NCBI RefSeq assembly: GCF_000011805.1
Contig: NC_006840.2
Strand: one strand, 5' to 3'
DNA from: Aliivibrio fischeri ES114
GTDB taxonomy: Bacteria > Pseudomonadota > Gammaproteobacteria > Enterobacterales > Vibrionaceae
DNA: 32,000 bases
The position numbers were made by a program, and so were the translations under genes. The notes under the pieces were generated by a model, which worked only from the letters and a program-made list of their open reading frames with translations, was not told the origin of the DNA and ran no database searches. Shown piece by piece: positions 8,911 to 15,093 of the stretch. Numbering within the stretch: the first letter of the stretch is position 1; each line of letters begins with the position of its first letter.

Positions 8911-9108
8911 TTACCTCTCTAAGGCTTCTTTAATTCGTTGCATTGCTTGAATAAGTACCTCACGAGGACAACCTAGATTTAAGCGAATAAATCCTGAACC
9001 TTCATTGCCAAACGCAATCCCCATGCTTGGAACTATCCCTGCTTCTACTAATTTTCTTTCTAGTTCTTTATCTGTTAGTCCAAGATCTCGGCAATCTACC
9101 CATGCTAA
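8911..9108 (-). pseudogene. Orphan 3'-terminal fragment (65 codons plus stop) of a PatB/MalY-type C-S lyase gene
   Basis: The minus strand reads LAWVDCRDLGLTDKELERKLVEAGIVPSMGIAFGNEGSGFIRLNLGCPREVLIQAMQRIKEALER*. This matches the C-terminus of the intact gene 13912-15084 except for G versus E at one position. An in-frame TAA lies immediately upstream and there is no start codon. Confidence 0.85.
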
Positions 9109-9614
9109 TTACTTGAGCGAGTAATAAACCGATTAATGCTTTAATAATTAACCAATTATAGGACTTATTCTGTGATTATAATCGCTGAAATAAAAGCGAT
9201 TATTTCCAGCCGATACATGTATTAGTTTCGGTATTAAAAAAATAATTGTTTTTCAGTAGGTCTGTTTTTATCTTTTCTATTTTTGAGCATATTAAATTAA
9301 CAGATTGATTTCCTGTTAATTTTTCTTTATCAATTGGAATACCATTAGAATCAATGAAGTTCTTTTTCATCTGAAGAACTAATATAAATTCTAATTGGAG
9401 CAGTGTAATAAAATAATTCTATTATCGGAAGCGATAATATTAACATTAATATTTAATATGCATTCATTCTTTTGATTTCTTAAGGTTATCTTTGACGTGA
9501 GGGGTTTTAATGAAATTATTACAATACTATAAAAGTGTGTTATTTATCACTGAAAATAAGTGTTAAGTGCGAAACTATTATTTAACAAATAATGAAAGTA
9601 GAGATGAATAGTGA

Positions 9615-10529
9615 ATGAAAAATAATGACATAAAACTATCGATTCCTAACATTAGACGTTCAAGATTAATAAATGTAATAAAATCGCATGGTTGCATCAG
9701 AATATTAGAAACTCATAATCCAATCTCAGCACTTATAGCAGAGAAAGCCAGTGCTAATGATATTGATTCTGAAGAGAATGTTGAATATCAAGGTTTTTGG
9801 TCAAGTTCATTAACTGATTCGGTAAGTCAAGGTAAGCCAGATATTGAGTTGCTTGACATTAAGAACAGAATCTCAAATATAAGCGATATATTTGAGGTAA
9901 CTTCCAAACCTCTAATTATAGATGGTGATACTGGAGGGAAAATTGAACATTTATCATTCAACATAAGGTCTCTTGAGCGACTTGGCGTGTCAGCAATTAT
10001 AATTGAAGATAAAACAGGGCTTAAGAAAAACTCATTATTAGGTAATGAGGTTGAACAGAAGCAAGATACAATAGAATCATTCTGCACAAAAATAAAAAAA
10101 GGTAAAGAATCTCAATTAACAGAAGAATTTATGATTATTGCAAGGGTTGAAAGCTTAATTCTAGATGCTGGAATGGAGGATGCATTAGAAAGAGCTTTTG
10201 CTTATAGTGAAAGTGGTGCTGACGGAATAATGATCCACAGTCGACACCAAGATGGAAAGGAAATATTTGATTTTGCGAAACAATATAGATCTAAGTATCC
10301 AGATAAGATATTAGTATGCGTACCTACTAGTTACAATGAAATAAAATTCGATGAACTTAAACAAGCTGGCTTCAATATTGTTATTTATGCAAATCACATG
10401 CTAAGAGCAGCATATAAGGCTATGGAATATACATCTGAGCAAATACTTAAAAATGGAAGAACATCTGAAATAGAATCTCACTTTCTATCAATAAAAAGAA
10501 TGCTAGATCTCGTGCCTGGAACTCGGTAA
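9615..10529 (+). CDS. pepM: Phosphoenolpyruvate phosphomutase (PepM), isocitrate lyase/PEP mutase superfamily
   Basis: Collinear by eye with Mytilus PEP mutase: ETHN (EAHN), WSSSLTDS (WGSGLSVS), DGDTGG (DADTGYG), IIIEDKTGLKKNS (CLEDKLFPKTNS), ARVE, GADGIMIHSR (GADAILMHSK), VPT, YANHMLRA (WANHNLRA). The PepM-diagnostic EDKX5NS motif lies at aa 131-140 (nt 10005-10034). Confidence 0.8.
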   Translation: MKNNDIKLSIPNIRRSRLINVIKSHGCIRILETHNPISALIAEKASANDIDSEENVEYQGFWSSSLTDSVSQGKPDIELLDIKNRISNISDIFEVTSKPLIIDGDTGGKIEHLSFNIRSLERLGVSAIIIEDKTGLKKNSLLGNEVEQKQDTIESFCTKIKKGKESQLTEEFMIIARVESLILDAGMEDALERAFAYSESGADGIMIHSRHQDGKEIFDFAKQYRSKYPDKILVCVPTSYNEIKFDELKQAGFNIVIYANHMLRAAYKAMEYTSEQILKNGRTSEIESHFLSIKRMLDLVPGTR

Positions 10530-11818
10530 TGCTTATGTCTATATTTATATTAACATTAATGATTTTATCTCTAATATATAAGAGAAAATACATACCTTTG
10601 ATTTTTATATTGTTAGGGATTGTTGTTTCCTTGTTTAATGGCGTAGAATTACGAGAAATCGCTTTAAACTTCTCTAATGCATTAAGCTCTGTTTTTTTAT
10701 CTATCGGGTTAAATATTGTTGTTATTATAGCGTTCTCTGAATATGTTAATAAAAATGGGGCAACAAAAGATTTAGTTTTACTCGTTTATAAACCAATAAG
10801 TAAAATAAAAGATAGATACTTAATCCTTGCTATGTTTTATTTAATAGGATTAGCATTAAGCACAGTAATCACATCCGCATCAGCTCTATCTATGATATAT
10901 ATGTCTACTGTATTCCCTATACTGATATCTAAGGGAATAAGTAAAGAAGGTGCAGCGGGAATGATCGCTTCAGTTGGAGTAATAGAATTTGGTCACTTAA
11001 AATCGAGTACTATTTTTATGGCTGAAGAGCAAAATAGATTAATAAATGATTATGTTATTAATGGACAATTATTTTTATTTATTGGTATCGCTATTGTCGG
11101 TGCAATTAGCCATTACTTCTGGCAACGTTACCTCGATAACCGTTTGACTAATGATAACGATGAAAAATCATTAACAGATAATCTAGATTATCAGCATAAA
11201 ATCAGTATATTTACGGCACTGCTACCGTTACTTCCGCTATTTCTTATTTTACCTGAACATCTATTCACTAAACTAAACTTGCCACTTTGGACTATTGGGA
11301 TGATATGTATTTCAATCTCGTTTATTTTAGATCTAAAATCCAATAAATTTAATGTTAAAGAACAATTATCTTTCTTTTTAACTAGCATTAGTAACTCATT
11401 TTTCTTTATCGTATCTGTCATTGTTGGCGGTAAATTTCTAGTCAATTCGTTACCGATAGAAAGTATTATTAATATTTATAGCCATATGTCTTTAGGTTCT
11501 ATAAACCCGATTATTTTATCATCAGTATTATTATTGGCTATCGTGTTATTTTGTACTTTGCTTGGTTCTGGAACGGTCTCTTTTATTACAATAACGTCAA
11601 TAATGTCAAAATTTAAAATCGTATCGATGAATCAGTTCAGTTCAACATTTACATCGATGCAAATGATATCAGGAATAGGAAGAACAATATCCCCTGTATC
11701 TCCAACTACATTATTATGCTCCCAAATTTCTGGAGTTACACTATCTAGCATAATATTAAGAAATATTGTCCCAACCATACTTATTGTAATTTTATCAATC
11801 ATATACAGCAATATTTGA
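10529..11818 (+). CDS. DcuC-family (C4-dicarboxylate anaerobic carrier-like) membrane transporter
   Basis: Polytopic 429-aa ORF. AFSEYVNKNGATKDLV..KP...YLILAMFYLIG.ALSTVITSASAL..IYMSTVFPILISKGISKEGAAGMIAS matches E. coli DcuC GFAAYMTHIGANDMVV..KP...YLLMIAAYFVACLMSLAVSSATGL..LLMATLFPVMVNVGISRGAAAAICAS. Also AISHYFWQRYLDNR (AIAHFFWQRYLDKK) and GRTISPVS (GRTLSPVS). The start overlaps the pepM stop (TAATG). Confidence 0.75.
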   Translation: MLMSIFILTLMILSLIYKRKYIPLIFILLGIVVSLFNGVELREIALNFSNALSSVFLSIGLNIVVIIAFSEYVNKNGATKDLVLLVYKPISKIKDRYLILAMFYLIGLALSTVITSASALSMIYMSTVFPILISKGISKEGAAGMIASVGVIEFGHLKSSTIFMAEEQNRLINDYVINGQLFLFIGIAIVGAISHYFWQRYLDNRLTNDNDEKSLTDNLDYQHKISIFTALLPLLPLFLILPEHLFTKLNLPLWTIGMICISISFILDLKSNKFNVKEQLSFFLTSISNSFFFIVSVIVGGKFLVNSLPIESIINIYSHMSLGSINPIILSSVLLLAIVLFCTLLGSGTVSFITITSIMSKFKIVSMNQFSSTFTSMQMISGIGRTISPVSPTTLLCSQISGVTLSSIILRNIVPTILIVILSIIYSNI

Positions 11819-11826
11819 GGTTAGTT

Positions 11827-12831
11827 ATGAATAAATACGTGATCATTCTGGAAGCTAGTGAAGATAAAAATAAGGATGATACTGGCTTTAGAAAAGATAC
11901 AGCACCGATAATTAAAGCCGTTCAAGATATAGGTATCAATTGTAAAGCTATACATTTCACACTAAGTGAAAAGGATAAAATATTTGATTTTATGAGAAAA
12001 AATTGCGTAGCTTACATATCAAGAGTTAACCCGGGGAAATTAACTACTGGGGAACAAACCTATTTTGATTTCTTAGATAATCTTATTGATGAAGGAATAG
12101 TAGGAATAGAACCCCCAAGTACTTTATTAGCGCTTGGTTCTAAGTCATCGCTCTGTAAGTTAGTAGGTACAGGATTGGTTCCTGATGACATGAGAATATA
12201 TAAAGACAAAAAAGAACTCATTGAAGATTTTGATATTGAAAGTCTGAATTCTGATAGGGTTTTTAAACAAAATAGAGGTTCTAGCGGAAAAGGCATTTTC
12301 AGATTAGGTCTCGTTGATAGCTCAGCATCAAAGATAAGAGTGACCGATGCACAAAATAACCGAACACAGAATATACATATAAATGATTTTATTGATAATT
12401 ATGTTAACTTTGATTCAGGCGTTGTTGTTAATATGCCATTTTTATCTGGAATCAAAGAGGGTGAGTATCGTGTTCTCTTGATTGGCAATACCCCATGCTA
12501 TGTTATTCATAAAAAACCGACAAAAGGTGATTTTAACTTTTCTACGACCTTGCACTCAGGTTCAGAATATAAATATGAAGATGTGTCCAAACATCCTATT
12601 TTGATTGATCTTGTTACTAATAACATTGAGACAATCCTAACAAAGCTAAATGACTCAAGACCTGCGCCATTAATTTGGAGTATTGATTTTATAAGGGATA
12701 TGAAAAATGACAAATTCCTTATATCAGAAATAAACTGTAATTGTCTTGGTTTCACATCATTATTGGATTCGGACATTCCTAAACTAATGGCTGACATGAT
12801 ATATAACCGAATTTATCATGAACATAATTAG
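11827..12831 (+). CDS. ATP-grasp fold ligase, RimK/glutathione-synthetase-like
   Basis: VFKQNRGSSGKGIF (P-loop-like, compare RimK KP..GSGGRGV), EYRVLLIGNTPCYVIHKKP (RimK DIRCLVVGDEVV), DFNFSTTLHSGSEY (RimK DFRSNLHRGG) and SIDFIRDMKNDKFLISEINCNC (Mg/ATP-binding E-x-N). ATG 11827 with GAGG 7 nt upstream is preferred over the track TTG at 11815. Confidence 0.6.
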   Translation: MNKYVIILEASEDKNKDDTGFRKDTAPIIKAVQDIGINCKAIHFTLSEKDKIFDFMRKNCVAYISRVNPGKLTTGEQTYFDFLDNLIDEGIVGIEPPSTLLALGSKSSLCKLVGTGLVPDDMRIYKDKKELIEDFDIESLNSDRVFKQNRGSSGKGIFRLGLVDSSASKIRVTDAQNNRTQNIHINDFIDNYVNFDSGVVVNMPFLSGIKEGEYRVLLIGNTPCYVIHKKPTKGDFNFSTTLHSGSEYKYEDVSKHPILIDLVTNNIETILTKLNDSRPAPLIWSIDFIRDMKNDKFLISEINCNCLGFTSLLDSDIPKLMADMIYNRIYHEHN

Positions 12832-12840
12832 GAGCGAAGA

Positions 12841-13788
12841 ATGAAAGTTTCATACTATGAAGTAAAAGAACGATTAATAAGAAAATTCATAGCTTCAGGA
12901 TTGGCTTGGGATGATGCAAATTGGGTTACTGATGTTTTAATTTCTTCAGAGCAACGCGGTGATAAATCCCACGGGATAAAACATGCAAAGAATATATTTG
13001 ATGTGATTAATAGTGAATGTTATATAGCACAGGCTCCTATTATTCATGATGAAAGGTCAATAACGATACTGGATGGACAGAATTCTATAGGACCAATAGT
13101 AGCGAAACAGGCTATTGATATAGCAATAAAAAAAGCGAAGAAATATGGAACAGCAGCAATATCTTTACGTTCATCAAATCATTTATTTTCATTAAGTCAT
13201 TACGTTAGATATATAGCTAACAATAATATGATTGGTTTTATATGCAGTAGTAGCTCCCCCGCAATGGCTGCTCCAAACTCATTAAATGCCACAATTGGGA
13301 CTAACCCATTTGCATTCGGAGCACCATCATCAAAAGATCCCATAGTCATAGATATGAGTTCGACAAATGTTGCACGAGGAAAAATAAAAGAATATAAGGA
13401 TGCGGAATTAGATATTCCAGTATCTTGGGCATTGGATGAATATGGAAATCCAACCACTTGCGCAATTGAGGCACTTAAAGGCACTTTATCTCCATTGGGA
13501 GGTTATAAAGGTTTTGCTTTAGGCTGTATGATCGATATATTCAGTTCAGTATTGTCTGGTTCTGCTTTTTCGACGCAGATTACAGGTACAAGTCTTCATA
13601 TGGAAGAGGCTGATGTAAATAAGAAAGGAGATTTTTTATTTGTCCTCGATATCAGCAAGTTTATTCAATTAAGTGAGTTTAAAATTCGTATGGATGAATT
13701 TATTCACATTATAGAAAGTAATGGTGGGTATATTCCAGGAACCAATTATATCAATAATCAGTTCGCTGATATAGAAATACTGAATTGA
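12841..13788 (+). CDS. Ldh_2-family NAD(P)H-dependent oxidoreductase (malate / (R)-2-sulfolactate / ureidoglycolate dehydrogenase family)
   Basis: Family landmarks by eye: RGDKSHGI, SNHLFSLSHY, IGTNPFAFGAPS, IDMSSTNVARGKI, SWALDEYGNPT, LSPLGGYKGFALGCMIDIFSSVLSG. A strong AGGAG lies 6 nt upstream of the ATG. Confidence 0.8.
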   Translation: MKVSYYEVKERLIRKFIASGLAWDDANWVTDVLISSEQRGDKSHGIKHAKNIFDVINSECYIAQAPIIHDERSITILDGQNSIGPIVAKQAIDIAIKKAKKYGTAAISLRSSNHLFSLSHYVRYIANNNMIGFICSSSSPAMAAPNSLNATIGTNPFAFGAPSSKDPIVIDMSSTNVARGKIKEYKDAELDIPVSWALDEYGNPTTCAIEALKGTLSPLGGYKGFALGCMIDIFSSVLSGSAFSTQITGTSLHMEEADVNKKGDFLFVLDISKFIQLSEFKIRMDEFIHIIESNGGYIPGTNYINNQFADIEILN

Positions 13789-13861
13789 TGAGTGGGGACT
13801 GAACGATGAGAATTAACTTACTGGGTATAGTAAGAAATAGATCAAATAGTGGCATGATGAT

Positions 13862-13891
13862 AAAAAGCCGCTAATTAATAGCGGCTTTTTT
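13862..13891. terminator. Bidirectional rho-independent terminator (copy B), serving the cassette operon (+) and the C-S lyase gene (-)
   Basis: aaaaagccgcta-attaa-tagcggctttttt. Confidence 0.8.
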
Positions 13892-14109
13892 ATGGTTTGT
13901 GGATGTGTGGATTATCTCTCTAAGGCTTCTTTAATTCGCTGCATCGCTTGAATAAGTACCTCTCGAGGGCAACCTAGATTTAAACGAATAAAGCCTGAAC
14001 CTTCGTTGCCAAACGCAATCCCCATGCTTGGAACTATCCCAGCTTCTACTAATTTACGCTCTAGTTCTTTATCTGTTAGTTCAAGATCTCGGCAATCTAC
14101 CCATGCTAA
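13863..14109. repeat. Direct repeat copy B (terminator plus 3' end of the intact C-S lyase gene)
   Basis: See copy A. This copy is contiguous with the complete ORF 13912-15084. Confidence 0.9.
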
Positions 14110-15084
14110 ATAACCCGCTTCTGGTGGGGTAAAGCGTAGCTCTGGCAGTTCGCTTTCAATAAAAGTTGCTAAGGTAGTAATGTTCTCTTGTAAGTAGGTT
14201 TTAAGTTCGTTTAACCACGGTGCTGAAGTTTGATAAGCAGCAGTGGCAGCACACATCGCCAAGCTATTATAAACATCCATGCCATGCGCATCTAAACGAC
14301 GAACTAAACGTGCTTTTAATTCTTGATTTGGGATCATGAAATTAGAAATACGTACAGAAGACAAGCCGAATGTTTTACTCGCTGCCGTTGCTACAATCAG
14401 TTTTTGTTGTAGATTCTCTGGCAATGATAATGCTGAATGGTAAGTGTTATCTCCCATCGCTAAATCGCCCCAGATCTCATCACTTAGTAGCCACACATCG
14501 TATTGATGACATAGCTCTGCTACAGCGGTTATCTCTTCTTTTGACCATGCTTTACCAACAGGGTTGTGAGGGTTACAGAAGATCATTACTTTAGCGCCTT
14601 GCTGAAAACAAGATTCTAAATGAGCAAGGTCGATAGTGTAGTTTCCTTGCTGCTCAATTAATGGGTTCTCAACCAATACTCGGTCATTAAATTCAACGAT
14701 TTTACGAAACGAGCCATAGCCCGGTGTTTGCATTACCACTTTGTCATTGGTTTCAGTCAGTAGCTGAATTGCCATTGAAAGCCCAGGTAATACGCCGTGT
14801 ACGGTTGTTATCCATTCTTTTTCAATGTGAATATGATGCTGCTCTTGATACCAAGTGATGATCGCTTGGTAGTAGTCATCATTACGTTCTGCATAACCAA
14901 AAATACCATGGTCAATGCGATTATGAAGTGCTTCTAATACGTGTGGTGGCGCTTGAAAATCGTAATCAGACACCCACATAGGTAGTCGGTCTGTGCCATC
15001 TAATCCGAGTTTTTCTTTCATGAAATCCCATTTTAATGAGCCTGTGTTACAACGGTTGTGAATGCAGTCAAAAGAAGTTGTCAT
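13912..15084 (-). CDS. PLP-dependent C-S lyase / cystathionine beta-lyase, PatB/MalY subfamily of class I aminotransferases
   Basis: NRCNTGSLKWD, PMWVSDYDFQAP, GIFGY, CNPHNPVGKAWSKEE and AASKTFGLSSVR (PLP-lysine motif SKTF) are typical of MalY/PatB. Confidence 0.85.
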   Translation of the reverse strand: MTTSFDCIHNRCNTGSLKWDFMKEKLGLDGTDRLPMWVSDYDFQAPPHVLEALHNRIDHGIFGYAERNDDYYQAIITWYQEQHHIHIEKEWITTVHGVLPGLSMAIQLLTETNDKVVMQTPGYGSFRKIVEFNDRVLVENPLIEQQGNYTIDLAHLESCFQQGAKVMIFCNPHNPVGKAWSKEEITAVAELCHQYDVWLLSDEIWGDLAMGDNTYHSALSLPENLQQKLIVATAASKTFGLSSVRISNFMIPNQELKARLVRRLDAHGMDVYNSLAMCAATAAYQTSAPWLNELKTYLQENITTLATFIESELPELRFTPPEAGYLAWVDCRDLELTDKELERKLVEAGIVPSMGIAFGNEGSGFIRLNLGCPREVLIQAMQRIKEALER

Positions 15085-15093
15085 GAGATAGCC

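Larger units (their letters stand above)
8861..9108. repeat. Direct repeat copy A (~248 bp), about 93% identical to 13863-14109
   Basis: Hand alignment against 13863-14109 gives 17 substitutions plus a 1-nt T-run indel. Similarity starts exactly at the terminator hairpin and ends at ...catgctaa. Confidence 0.9.
9109..13862 (+). mobile_element. AT-rich ~4.75-kb inserted gene cassette (genomic islet) without recognisable mobility genes, bounded by the 248-bp direct repeats
   Basis: It lies between the two repeat copies. It is visibly more AT-rich than the flanks: a spot count gives 13/60 GC at 10561-10620 versus 30/60 at 14101-14160. There is no integrase, transposase or terminal inverted repeat. 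Confidence 0.6.

Noticed and set aside
8911-9108. Lyase fragment as a product of a local duplication that then decayed
   Set aside because: Eleven of the 12 differing codons are synonymous, which is not expected for neutral decay. See the corresponding finding.
9200-9370. 56-aa minus-strand ORF (MKKNFIDSNGIPIDKEKLTGNQ...) in the AT-rich leader of the cassette
   Set aside because: It has no Shine-Dalgarno and no recognisable motif, and it lies in AT-rich DNA where such ORFs arise by chance. I cannot support it.
9109-13862. Cassette as a transposon, integron cassette or integrative element
   Set aside because: I found no transposase, integrase, terminal inverted repeats, attC-like site or short target-site duplication. 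The 248-bp diverged repeats fit homologous recombination better.
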